Under the pieces are notes generated by a model. That model was given only the letters and a program-made list of their open reading frames with translations, had not been told where the DNA came from and did not search any database. A stretch of DNA of 64,000 nt from Candidatus Poribacteria bacterium (GTDB lineage Bacteria; Poribacteria; WGA-4E; WGA-3G): positions 3,200,001 through 3,264,000 of the forward strand of contig OZ243938.1 of NCBI GenBank assembly GCA_965214095.1, given 5' to 3'. Shown in pieces: positions 38,982 to 49,105 of this stretch; the stretch's first letter is position 1; the number at the start of each line of letters is the position of its first letter. The position numbers and the translations under genes were made by a program.

Positions 38982-41912
38982 ATGAAAAATGATGATGTTG
39001 AACTAATTCAAAGTGTTCTTTCTGGCGATGAAGATGCTTTCGCTGAACTTGTGAATAAGCATAAAAAGGCTGTTCACGCACTTGCATGGCGGGTAATTGG
39101 AGACTTCCACATCGCTGAAGACATCACACAGGACACCTTCCTGATAGTGTATCAGAGACTTCACACCTTGAAAGATCCAACCCAGTTTCTTGGATGGCTC
39201 TATGTGATTGCAAGACGCCGATGCTACGCCTGGCTCCGTAAGAAACGGATACGCACACAACCGTTGGAGGACGCAGAAACAACTATGATACAAGAAGATG
39301 TATATTCACGGCATGTAATAGAAGAACGTGCTAACACTGCTGTTGATGCACAACGCGAAGTTGTCAAGAGACTTCTCGCGAAGCTAAAAGAGAGCGAACG
39401 CACGGTGATGACGCTCTACTACCTCGGTGAAATGACAGTCGAAGAGATTAGCAAGTTCTTAGGTGTTTCTGTCGGAACGATAAAAAGTCGGTTACAGCGG
39501 GCACGGAACCGTCTACAGAAGGAGGAAACACTGATTAGAGAAGCACTCGAACATTTCCAACTCTCACCGAACTTAACTGAAAACATCATGCAAGAAGTTT
39601 CACGTCTCAAACCTACGCCTACCGCCAGCAAACCCATAGTGCCGTGGGCAATTGCTGCAACAAGTGCGGTCTTAATTGTGTTGTTACTTGGTATAGGCAG
39701 TCAACACTTAGTCCGTTTTCAGCAACCTTATTCATTAGATGCACAAGCAGAGATGACGGTTGAACTCGTTGATGCTCCTATTATGTTAAATGTTGATAAG
39801 AAACCAGATGTACGACGTGAAATTGGGAATTCAAACGCACTTAATAAAAACGATAGCAACGGTCAGAAACCTGATAACGTTTTGTTAGCCGCCGCGCAGG
39901 TGGAAGGAGAAGACATGTCTAATCAAAAACAACAGTGGATTCATACAAAACCAGTTAGTGGAACTGGAGCCCTGAACCTATGCCCTACCCCTGATGGGGA
40001 TATCTATGTAATAATGAATTATCCTGCTGTCTACAAATTAGCAACAGGTAGAAACACTTGGCAACGTATCCGCATTAACATTAATACCTGGACTGGTAGA
40101 GCCTATATGTCCAAGTGGAACAATACGTTGTACTTTTTGAATAATAATGAACTCTTCACTTCAAAAGATGACGGTGAAAATTGGGATTTACTCTATTCTT
40201 GGAAAGGAGAGAAGTACAAGTTATTAAGTGAAAAATTAGTACTAACGCAACAAGCGTTTTACGTCGCTTTTGAGAATGGTGTTCTCCAGTCTCAGGACAA
40301 AGGCAAAACATGGAAAAACATAAGCGATGGGTGGATGGGAAGAATGAGAACATTAGTTGAGATCCAGAATACGATTTTCGCGGGAACTGACAATGGTTGT
40401 TCTCGTTACAGTGGTGGCGAATGGAAACGCTTGAAATTCCCAGTCACGATTGGCAGGATTATTTCAACTGCAGCAACCAACAGGAAACTCTATATTGCTG
40501 CATGGTTGGATAAGAAAGTTTCTCAAGAATTGAAACGTACTTGGGGAATATTTCGATCAACGGATCTCGGAGATTCATGGCAAGATATTACGCCTACAAA
40601 TGCTTGGAATTTAAACGCAATTCCGCCTGGTATCAGACTCATTGCTTTAGGAGAAACAGTCATAGCAATGGAACGTGGTTTGATCCGTTCAATTGACGGT
40701 GGAGATACCTGGCTGAGTCCACAAGCACATAACACATCACCTACAATGGAAAGTGGTTTGGCAGTTGCGATAGTGAAAAACGATACTATTTATATCAGTA
40801 GTGAAAACGGACTCCATTATTCCACTGATCTTGGTGAATCATGGCACAAGATGAATATCAAGCAAAAGGGAGGAAATATATATGATCTAATCGCTTTTAA
40901 AAAGGTTGATAAAAATCATAGCACACCTGCTGTTCTCTATGCAAGAATAGAATTAGCACTAGGACACGGAGATGAGATTCAAAAAACCGATGACGGCGGC
41001 AATTCTTGGAAACCCGTTCAAATAGCAATACCAATGACAGAACCTAACAGAGAAACCCCACCGCATATCACCCAAATTATTAAAGACGGTGATGTTCTTT
41101 ATGCAAAGGGTAAGGAAAATATATTTCCCAGTTATTATACACGTATTTACCGCGTATCCAGTGATGGTAGGACGCTTGTGCAGATTCAGGGTATGCCAGT
41201 TCTTAATTCGTATGAGTTAGATGAACAAGTATCCGAAGGAAGTGCTCTTGGTGCAACTCAGTTTCTTAAACTGTTTACACAACCAAAAAGTAAACTTAGA
41301 AGTGACCTTACAGAAAGAGGGTTACACGGAGCGTTTGCTGTTACGGAAGACACGTTCTACGTTGAATATAACTATAAGCTCTTCCGGTGGAAGTTTGGTG
41401 ATACAGAATTCTATGACACTGAACAGGAAGAAACCATAGAATTGACTGAGGACATAATAAAGAAAGATCTTAAACTGGCTGTTTCAGGGAATACTGTCTA
41501 TGTTGGAAAACGGGATGGCAATCTCGTTGTATCGCTTAATAGAGGTAACAATTGGGTTGATCTCACCCCTACTCTACCTTTCACAGTTAGAGCTTTCAAT
41601 GACATCGTGGTTGTCGGTAACACAGTATATGTAGCAACAGATGCAGGCGTCGCTGCATCAGATCAAGGTAATAATTGGGGTGTTGTTACTGATTTAGAGA
41701 CTACTAATCTCGTCATGGAACATTTGACTGTTGATGGCACAAAACTCTATGGCGTTACCAAAGATACTGGCATCTATCGATTGGAAAATGACACATGGAA
41801 TCAGATTGTGTCAGAGATACCAGAGAGAATAACATCTCTCGCTGTTGATGGAAATACCTTATATGTGGGAACAGATGGTCAAGGTATGCTTCACCTAAAT
41901 CTAAATAAATAA
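38982..41912 (+). CDS. Array gene 4: ECF sigma + TM + Asp-box/BNR propeller
   Basis: sigma4 'LGVSVGTIKSRLQRAR'; TM 'PWAIAATSAVLIVLLLGIG'; repeated SxDxGxxW. Confidence 0.9.
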   Translation: MKNDDVELIQSVLSGDEDAFAELVNKHKKAVHALAWRVIGDFHIAEDITQDTFLIVYQRLHTLKDPTQFLGWLYVIARRRCYAWLRKKRIRTQPLEDAETTMIQEDVYSRHVIEERANTAVDAQREVVKRLLAKLKESERTVMTLYYLGEMTVEEISKFLGVSVGTIKSRLQRARNRLQKEETLIREALEHFQLSPNLTENIMQEVSRLKPTPTASKPIVPWAIAATSAVLIVLLLGIGSQHLVRFQQPYSLDAQAEMTVELVDAPIMLNVDKKPDVRREIGNSNALNKNDSNGQKPDNVLLAAAQVEGEDMSNQKQQWIHTKPVSGTGALNLCPTPDGDIYVIMNYPAVYKLATGRNTWQRIRININTWTGRAYMSKWNNTLYFLNNNELFTSKDDGENWDLLYSWKGEKYKLLSEKLVLTQQAFYVAFENGVLQSQDKGKTWKNISDGWMGRMRTLVEIQNTIFAGTDNGCSRYSGGEWKRLKFPVTIGRIISTAATNRKLYIAAWLDKKVSQELKRTWGIFRSTDLGDSWQDITPTNAWNLNAIPPGIRLIALGETVIAMERGLIRSIDGGDTWLSPQAHNTSPTMESGLAVAIVKNDTIYISSENGLHYSTDLGESWHKMNIKQKGGNIYDLIAFKKVDKNHSTPAVLYARIELALGHGDEIQKTDDGGNSWKPVQIAIPMTEPNRETPPHITQIIKDGDVLYAKGKENIFPSYYTRIYRVSSDGRTLVQIQGMPVLNSYELDEQVSEGSALGATQFLKLFTQPKSKLRSDLTERGLHGAFAVTEDTFYVEYNYKLFRWKFGDTEFYDTEQEETIELTEDIIKKDLKLAVSGNTVYVGKRDGNLVVSLNRGNNWVDLTPTLPFTVRAFNDIVVVGNTVYVATDAGVAASDQGNNWGVVTDLETTNLVMEHLTVDGTKLYGVTKDTGIYRLENDTWNQIVSEIPERITSLAVDGNTLYVGTDGQGMLHLNLNK

Positions 41913-41999
41913 GTAGATTTGCAATAAACGAATACATGCTCTTGTCGAAGTGCTTTGTAAGTGCACCATAAGCGTCAATTTAGCGTCCTTTCAGGAACG

Positions 42000-42094
42000 G
42001 TAGGTTCGGTTTCCTAACCGAACCGGATCCTATGCGAAAACTTTATATCAACGGGATCGGCACAAATCTGGTGCGGTTAGGAAACCGCACCTAC
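42000..42094. repeat. REP doublet, family 1
   Basis: GTAGGTTCGGTTTCCTAACCGAACC ... GGTGCGGTTAGGAAACCGCACCTAC. Confidence 0.85.
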
Positions 42095-42175
42095 CGTCTT
42101 GGGAAATTCAGCATTTGCAAAAGAAAGGACAAGAAAAACCGAAAACTAAATAGTCCTGCTACGACTAACTCATCC

Positions 42176-42203
42176 TTGACAAACCCACCTGATTTGGTAG
42201 AAT
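42176..42203 (+). promoter_or_regulatory. Sigma70-type promoter (identical copies at 45578, 48954, 52539)
   Basis: TTGACA-N16-TAGAAT with extended TG. Confidence 0.65.
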
Positions 42204-42250
42204 AGTATCTCACTGTTTCCGACCAACCCATCTGCAAACCTGCAGAATTT

Positions 42251-42279
42251 GGCAACCTTTTTACATATATCCTGCGTCA
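42251..42279 (+). promoter_or_regulatory. ECF-type promoter of gene 5 (GGCAACC-N17-CGTCA)
   Basis: Recurrent motif. Confidence 0.7.
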
Positions 42280-42327
42280 CTATAGTATGATGTGTGATGA
42301 ATCAACTTTCACTAATGGAGTCACCAG

Positions 42328-45315
42328 ATGATAAACGAAGATGTTGCCATTATTCAACGCATTCTCGCTGATGATGAAACTGCTTTCGCAGAGCTTGTAA
42401 AAAAATATCAGAAGGCAGTGCATACGCTTGCTTGGCGAAAGATTGGGGATTTTCACATTGCAGAGGACATCACCCAAGATGCCTTCCTGAAAGTGTATCA
42501 GAAGCTCCACACCCTGCAAGACCCAAACCAGTTTGCTGGGTGGTTATATGTAATCACAACAAATCTATGCTCCACATGGCTTCGCAAGAAACGGATACAA
42601 ACCAAACGTTTGGAGGACGCAGAGACAATGATGGCACAGAGAGATGCATATTCTGAACATGTTACAGGAGATAGCACCAAAACTGCTGTTGAAACACAAC
42701 GGGAAGTGGTCAAGAAATTGCTTGCGAAGTTGAAAGAGAGTGAGCGGACGGTGATGTCACTTCATTATCTTGGTGAGATGAAGATTGAAGAGATAAGCAG
42801 ATTTCTGGGGGTATCCACAAGCACAATCAAAAGCCGTCTTAGGCGTGCACGGAACCGTTTACAAAAGGAGGAAACAATGATAAAAGAAGCACTCGAACAT
42901 TTCCAACTCTCACCAAACTTAACTGAAAACATCATGCAAGAAGTTTCACGTCTCAAACCTACGCCTACTGCTAGCAAACCACTTGTACCGTGGGCAATTG
43001 CTGCAACAAGTGCAGTCTTAATTGTGTTGTTACTTGGCATAGGGAGTCAACAATTATTCCGTTTTCAGCAACCTTTTTCATTAGATGCACAAGCAGAGAT
43101 GACGGTTGAACTCGTTGACACACCTATTGTGCTAAATTTAGATGCGAAACCGGATGTCCGAAATCAACTGGGCAGTATAAATCCTGCTGGTGATAGTGAG
43201 AATGAAGGTCAGAAACCAGATGAAGTCTTGTTGGCTGCCGCAGAAACAGATGAAGATGACAAGGTGTCTAATCCTAAACAGCAGTGGATTCAGGCAAAAC
43301 CTACTACGGGAACTATGGTAGAAGGTTTGCTTGCAACCTCTGAGGATGTTCTTTACACGCTCGCTCAAGGACACATATACAAATTACAAGACGATAGCAC
43401 GGGGTGGCAACATGTTAGTGATGTTAGCTCAATAACTGATGTGCCGCTTATTGAAATTCCTATGGCAGAACGGAACAATACCTTCTATATGGTTCCCTCC
43501 AATAAACTCTATGCTTCAATAGATGACTGCAGGACATGGGATTTAGTTCATCAATTTCCTGATGAATATTATTCTCCAACTCAATTACTTCTCACTGAAA
43601 AAACTATTTACATCATTTTTGAACATCCAAACGGTGCATTCCGTTCTGAGGATAAAGGAAAAACATGGAAGGATATGAGTGGTGAATTTCCCAATGAACC
43701 CGATGCTATTGTAACGGTCCAAGACACGGTATTTGCTTTAGCAGGTAATATCTATCGCTGGAACTCTGGTGGTTGGCAACGTTTAGCAGAATTCCCAGTA
43801 CCTCAAGCAAAGTCATGTTATTCCATTACAGTAACTAAAGATAAGTTGTATGCCTTCACAATCAATGCCCATTTTGATCCTGATAATGCAGCAAAGGGGC
43901 AACGAGGCTGGTGGATATTTCGCTCAACTGACTTAGGGAATTCGTGGGAAAACATAACTCCAACACAGGTGTGGAAATCAAGAGAAGGATGGAGAATCAA
44001 TATAAGACTTGTTGCTGCTGGTGAAACACTTCTTGCACTGGAACAAGGATTGCTACGTTCTACTGATGGTGGAGATACATGGATGCCTCTAGAAAAAATT
44101 GGTAAATCTCTTGAAATGTTTTCTAATTCTCCAATTGCGGTGTTGAATGAAAGCATTTTCTATTTTGGCAGCCCGTATTCCGGACTCCAACGTTCTATTG
44201 ATGAAGGTAAATCATGGGAAGTGGTCAATGTTACTTCAAATACAAGGGGTATTGGCAACCTAATTGTAGATAGAGTAAATGAAAAAGGACAAAATACACT
44301 TCCAATTATTTATGGGAACGTTGGAGATATGGTAAAAACTATTGACAAGGGTAAGTCTTGGAAAACTATTCCAATCGATCTGTCAATGGATCCACCGAAT
44401 GATGAAGATTTCTTGGACATTACACAGATAATTGAATCGAAAGGTATTATCTATGCTAAAGGTACAAATTTTCTTATTGGTGCTTATGACCAAGGAGTAA
44501 CACATATATTTCACATGTCTACAGAAAGCAATATGTTAGTACCGATTCAAGATCTACCAATCATTGACCCGTGGTTAGGGAGCCAGCTATCTCAAAGAAA
44601 ACATGACTTGTCAGATAAGGCGTTTGTTGAACAGTTGCAAGAAAGATTTGCGGGAGCAACACAGTTCTTTATACAATTGGTTCAAATGGCACCTATACAA
44701 CAAGAAAACCTTCGACGAATTGGTTTGCGTGGCGCGTTTGCGGTCAGTGATGACACAGTTTATATGGAATACAACTTTAAACTATTCCGTTGGAAACAAG
44801 GTGAAAAAGAATGGTATGACACTGGACTGGAAGAGACCGTGGAATTAAAGATAGATGTAGCAAGAATACCTCTGAAACTCGCTACTTCAGGTGATACTGT
44901 TTATGTAGGAAAACGCGATGGACACCTCGCCGTTTCGTTTGATAGTGGAAATAATTGGATTGATCTTACTCCAGCGTTACCTTTTGTAGTTAAAGTATTC
45001 AAAGATATTGTGGTTGCTGGGTCTACCGTTTATGTAGCAACAAACGCAGGTATCATTACATCAGATGATGGAAGGAATTGGCGTACTATCACCGATGCAG
45101 AAGGAACGAATCTCAGTATGGACATACTCACTGCTGATGGCACGATGCTTTATGGTGTTATCAAGGATACTGGCATCTATCGCTTAGAAAATGGCACATG
45201 GAATCAGATTGTCTCAGAAATGCCAGAAAACATAATATCTCTTGCTGTTGACGGAAATACTTTATATGTGGGAACACAAGATCAAGGTATGCTTCACTTT
45301 AATCTTAGTAAATAA
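42328..45315 (+). CDS. Array gene 5: ECF sigma + TM + Asp-box propeller
   Basis: sigma4 'LGVSTSTIKSRLRRAR'; Asp-boxes; SD GGAG. Confidence 0.9.
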   Translation: MINEDVAIIQRILADDETAFAELVKKYQKAVHTLAWRKIGDFHIAEDITQDAFLKVYQKLHTLQDPNQFAGWLYVITTNLCSTWLRKKRIQTKRLEDAETMMAQRDAYSEHVTGDSTKTAVETQREVVKKLLAKLKESERTVMSLHYLGEMKIEEISRFLGVSTSTIKSRLRRARNRLQKEETMIKEALEHFQLSPNLTENIMQEVSRLKPTPTASKPLVPWAIAATSAVLIVLLLGIGSQQLFRFQQPFSLDAQAEMTVELVDTPIVLNLDAKPDVRNQLGSINPAGDSENEGQKPDEVLLAAAETDEDDKVSNPKQQWIQAKPTTGTMVEGLLATSEDVLYTLAQGHIYKLQDDSTGWQHVSDVSSITDVPLIEIPMAERNNTFYMVPSNKLYASIDDCRTWDLVHQFPDEYYSPTQLLLTEKTIYIIFEHPNGAFRSEDKGKTWKDMSGEFPNEPDAIVTVQDTVFALAGNIYRWNSGGWQRLAEFPVPQAKSCYSITVTKDKLYAFTINAHFDPDNAAKGQRGWWIFRSTDLGNSWENITPTQVWKSREGWRINIRLVAAGETLLALEQGLLRSTDGGDTWMPLEKIGKSLEMFSNSPIAVLNESIFYFGSPYSGLQRSIDEGKSWEVVNVTSNTRGIGNLIVDRVNEKGQNTLPIIYGNVGDMVKTIDKGKSWKTIPIDLSMDPPNDEDFLDITQIIESKGIIYAKGTNFLIGAYDQGVTHIFHMSTESNMLVPIQDLPIIDPWLGSQLSQRKHDLSDKAFVEQLQERFAGATQFFIQLVQMAPIQQENLRRIGLRGAFAVSDDTVYMEYNFKLFRWKQGEKEWYDTGLEETVELKIDVARIPLKLATSGDTVYVGKRDGHLAVSFDSGNNWIDLTPALPFVVKVFKDIVVAGSTVYVATNAGIITSDDGRNWRTITDAEGTNLSMDILTADGTMLYGVIKDTGIYRLENGTWNQIVSEMPENIISLAVDGNTLYVGTQDQGMLHFNLSK

Positions 45316-45403
45316 GTAGATTTGACAATAAACTAATACATGGTCTTGTCGGAGTGCTTTGTAAGTGCACCATAAGCGTCAATTTAGCGTCCTTTCAGGA
45401 ACG

Positions 45404-45498
45404 GTAGGTGCGGTTTCCTAACCGCACCGAATTTGTGCTAAAACCTTTCACAGTCAGTATTCTTGTAGGTTCCAGTGCGGTTAGGAAACCGCACCTAC
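45404..45498. repeat. REP doublet, family 1; spacer and right flank are an inverted homologue of the 14361 MITE
   Basis: CCGAATTTGTGCTAAAACCTTTCA.AGTCAGTATTCTTGTAGGTTCC and CTCTATTCTGGAAAATACTTAAAACTAAATA match the 14361-14520 region in reverse. Confidence 0.8.
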
Positions 45499-45652
45499 CG
45501 TCTTGGGGTTAACTTTCAGTAATCTCTATTCTGGAAAATACTTAAAACTAAATAACCCTACTACGACTAACTCATCCTTGACAAACCCACCTGATTTGGT
45601 AGAATAGTATCTCACTGTTTCCGACCAACCAATCTGTAAACCTGAAAAATTA

Positions 45653-45681
45653 TGCAACCGTTCTCCTCCTAACTTGCGTCA
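45653..45681 (+). promoter_or_regulatory. ECF-type promoter of gene 6 (TGCAACC-N17-CGTCA)
   Basis: Recurrent motif. Confidence 0.7.
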
Positions 45682-45730
45682 TTTAGTTTGATACGTGATT
45701 AATCAGACTATTGATTTCTGGAGACACCTT

Positions 45731-48694
45731 ATGAACAACGACGATGTTGCACTCATCAGACAAATTCTTGATGGTGACGAAATCGCTTTCGCTGAACTTG
45801 TGAAAAAGTATCAAAAACAGGTTCACGTGTTAGCATGGCGAAAGATTGGTGACTTTCATATCGCTGAGGACATTACCCAAGACACCTTCCTGAAAGTGTA
45901 TCAGAGACTACATACCTTGAAAGATCCAAACCTATTTTCTGGGTGGCTCTATGTAATTACGACACGCTTATGTGCTACATGGCTACGGAGAAATAGAATT
46001 CAAACGCAACCTTTGGAGGATGTAGAGGAAACCATGATACAGAGAGATGCATATTCACAACATGTCGCTGATGAACGCGCTAAAACAACCTCTCAGACAC
46101 AACGGGAAGTAGTCAAGAGACTTCTCGCGAAATTGAAAGAGAGTGAACGCACGGTAATGACGCTCTACTACCTCGGTGAAATGACAGTTGAAGAGATTAG
46201 CAAGTTCTTAGGTGTTTCTGCAGGAACGATAAAAAGCCGACTACAACGTGCACGGAATCGTCTACAAAAGGAGGAAACAATGATAAAAGAAGCACTCGAA
46301 CATTTCCAACTCTCACCAAACTTAACTGAAAACATCATGCAAGAAGTTTCACGTCTTAAACCTACGCCTACTGGTAGCAAACCACTTGTACCGTGGGCAA
46401 TTGCTGCTACAAGTGCAGTCTTAATTGTGTTGTTACTTGGCATAGGCAGTCAACAGTTACTCCGTTTTCAGCAACCTTATTCATTAGATGCACAAGCAGA
46501 GATGACGGTTGAACTTGTTGACACACCAATTGTGCTAAATCTTGATACAGAACCAGATGTTAGAAATCGATTGGGCAATTCAAATGCTTTGGGTATCAGT
46601 GAGAACGAAGGTCAGAAACCAGATGAAGTATTATTCACCGCTGCAGAAACCGAAGATGAGGACAAGGTATCCGTTCCTAAACAGCAGTGGATTCAATCTG
46701 AACCTGTCAAAGGAAGTCGGACATATACTTTGCATGTTACCTCTCAAGGAGAACTATATGCTCTTGGTGGAAAAAACCCAAGTATTTTCAAACTATCAGA
46801 CGATGAAACGGGTTGGAAACACATCTTTGACATTATTTTACTTAAGTCCGCTTGGAGTGGAGATTCTCCTATCACAAAGTGGAATGATACCCTCTATTTT
46901 ATACCATCCCATGAACTATTTGCATCAAAGGATGACGGCAAAACTTGGGCTTTAGTCTACTCATGGGAAAGGGAATATGATGCAATCCAATTTATATTTA
47001 CAGATAAAGTATTTTATCTTGCTTTTGACAAAGGTATTTTTCGCTCGTATGATCTTGGCACTACTTGGGAGGAAATAAACGAAGGCTTAATGGGAGATAT
47101 TAGTTCTGTTGTCAAAGTCCAAAACACATTGTTTGCAGGAACCGATAATGGATTCTATCGTCTGGAGGGAGACACTTGGAAACGATTGAAATTCCCTGTT
47201 GAAGTTGGTAGGATACGTTCTCTTACATCTACGGAAGGAAAACTCTATGTTGCAGCAGAATTGAGAGATGATTTATTAGATCCTCACAGAGTATCTCGTG
47301 GACTGCAACGTTCATGGTGGATATTCCGTTCAACCGACTTGGGTAATTCCTGGGATGATATAACCCCAACACATGCCTGGAACATAAAAGGATGGCCTCC
47401 CTTTGTAAAGCTGATTGCCTCTGGTAATACACTGTTAGCCATGGAAAAAGGGATGGTGTGTTCTAATGATAGTGGGGATACATGGCAACCCACGCAATTA
47501 TCAGAGTCAACCCCAACAATAAACGCTGATCTAGACAGGTCAGTAGTGGTAAACGGGAATGTATTTTATGTTACCAGTGCTGAGGATGGACTCCATCGAT
47601 CTCTTGATAAGGGTAAATCATGGGATAAGGTCAATTTTGAAAGGGAAAGTAGAGTTGATGACTTAGTCTTGTTTAAGGGAAAAATTAACGGACAGATAAC
47701 TCCCTCAGTGCTCTACGCGAAATCCGGAGACAGAATCATAAATACCATTGATCAAGGTGAATCTTGGAACGTCGCTCAACTGAAAATACCGATGGCAGTT
47801 CCTGATAAAGAAGAAACTCCAAGTATTACGCATATACTTAAATACGGTGGTGTCATTTATGCCAAAGGTGGAGACCATCTTGGAAGAGGCGAAACCCGTA
47901 TATATCGTATTTCGACTGTAGACGGTATTTCAATAACACCGATTCAAGGTTTGCCAATCTTTGACTCAATGGAACTAAGTAACTTGTTGGATCAAGGTTT
48001 TTCAGCCAAACAGTTGCGAGAGAGTGCATCTGGTGCAACCGAATTCTTTGAACAGTTGGCTAAATGGGATCCTCAACAACTAAATATCTATATGCAATTA
48101 GGGTTCCGGACTGGTGCGTTCGCTATTAGTGCCGATACGTTCTATATGGAATACAACTACAAACTCTTTAGATCGAAAATGGGTGATACAGAATGGCATG
48201 ATACCGGATTGGAAGAATACGAATTACCATTAAAAAGAGCAATGAGAAACCTAAAACTTGCAGTTTCAAATGATACTGTATATGTTGGAAAACGGGATGG
48301 TAATCTCGTTGTATCGCTTGATAGAGGCAATAATTGGGTTGATCTTACCCCCGCACTACCATTTCAAGTAAAAGCATTCAATGAAATCGTGATTGTCGGA
48401 AACACAGTATATGTAGCAACAGATGCAGGTGTCGTTGCATCAGGTCGTGGAAATAATTGGGGTGCTATCACTGATGCAGAAGGAACGAATCTCAGTATGG
48501 ACATACTCACTGCTGATAGCAAGACACTTTATGGTGTTACCAAAGATACTGGCATCTATCGCTTAGAAAATGGCACATGGAATCAGATTGTTTCAGAGAT
48601 GCCAGAAAACATAACATCTCTTGCTGTTGACGGAAATACTTTATATGTGGGAACACAAGATCAAGGTATGCTTCACTTTAATCTCAATAAATAA
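45731..48694 (+). CDS. Array gene 6: ECF sigma + TM + Asp-box propeller (987 aa)
   Basis: sigma4 'LGVSAGTIKSRLQRAR'; SD GGAG before ATG 45731. Confidence 0.9.
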   Translation: MNNDDVALIRQILDGDEIAFAELVKKYQKQVHVLAWRKIGDFHIAEDITQDTFLKVYQRLHTLKDPNLFSGWLYVITTRLCATWLRRNRIQTQPLEDVEETMIQRDAYSQHVADERAKTTSQTQREVVKRLLAKLKESERTVMTLYYLGEMTVEEISKFLGVSAGTIKSRLQRARNRLQKEETMIKEALEHFQLSPNLTENIMQEVSRLKPTPTGSKPLVPWAIAATSAVLIVLLLGIGSQQLLRFQQPYSLDAQAEMTVELVDTPIVLNLDTEPDVRNRLGNSNALGISENEGQKPDEVLFTAAETEDEDKVSVPKQQWIQSEPVKGSRTYTLHVTSQGELYALGGKNPSIFKLSDDETGWKHIFDIILLKSAWSGDSPITKWNDTLYFIPSHELFASKDDGKTWALVYSWEREYDAIQFIFTDKVFYLAFDKGIFRSYDLGTTWEEINEGLMGDISSVVKVQNTLFAGTDNGFYRLEGDTWKRLKFPVEVGRIRSLTSTEGKLYVAAELRDDLLDPHRVSRGLQRSWWIFRSTDLGNSWDDITPTHAWNIKGWPPFVKLIASGNTLLAMEKGMVCSNDSGDTWQPTQLSESTPTINADLDRSVVVNGNVFYVTSAEDGLHRSLDKGKSWDKVNFERESRVDDLVLFKGKINGQITPSVLYAKSGDRIINTIDQGESWNVAQLKIPMAVPDKEETPSITHILKYGGVIYAKGGDHLGRGETRIYRISTVDGISITPIQGLPIFDSMELSNLLDQGFSAKQLRESASGATEFFEQLAKWDPQQLNIYMQLGFRTGAFAISADTFYMEYNYKLFRSKMGDTEWHDTGLEEYELPLKRAMRNLKLAVSNDTVYVGKRDGNLVVSLDRGNNWVDLTPALPFQVKAFNEIVIVGNTVYVATDAGVVASGRGNNWGAITDAEGTNLSMDILTADSKTLYGVTKDTGIYRLENGTWNQIVSEMPENITSLAVDGNTLYVGTQDQGMLHFNLNK

Positions 48695-48777
48695 GTATGC
48701 AATAAACTGATACATGCTCTTGTCGAAGTGCTTTGTAAGTGCACCATAAGCGTCAATTTAGCGTCCTTTCAGGAACG

Positions 48778-48872
48778 GTAGGTTCGGTTTCCTAACCGAA
48801 CCGGATCCTATGCGAAAACTTTATATCAACGGGATCGGCACAAATCTGGTGCGGTTAGGAAACCGCACCTAC
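48778..48872. repeat. REP doublet, family 1
   Basis: Same as 42000-42094. Confidence 0.85.
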
Positions 48873-49028
48873 CGTCTTGGGAAATTCAGCATTTGCAAAA
48901 GAAAGGACAAGAAAAACCGAAAACTAAATAGTCCTGCTACGACTAACTCATCCTTGACAAACCCACCTGATTTGGTAGAATAGTATCTCACTGTTTCCGA
49001 CCAACCCATTTGCAAACCTGCAGAATTT

Positions 49029-49057
49029 GGTAACCTTTTTGCATATATCTTGCGTCA
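49029..49057 (+). promoter_or_regulatory. ECF-type promoter of gene 7 (GGTAACC-N17-CGTCA)
   Basis: Recurrent motif. Confidence 0.7.
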
Positions 49058-49105
49058 CTATAGTATGATGTGTGATGAATCAACTTTCACTAATGGAGTC
49101 ACCAG

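Larger units (their letters stand above)
41932..43294 (+). repeat. ~1.36-kb direct repeat (copy at 48710-50072): REPs, both promoters, sigma-TM-linker
   Basis: Near-identical by eye at a constant 6778-bp offset; similarity ends just after the 'KQQWIQ' codons. Confidence 0.85.
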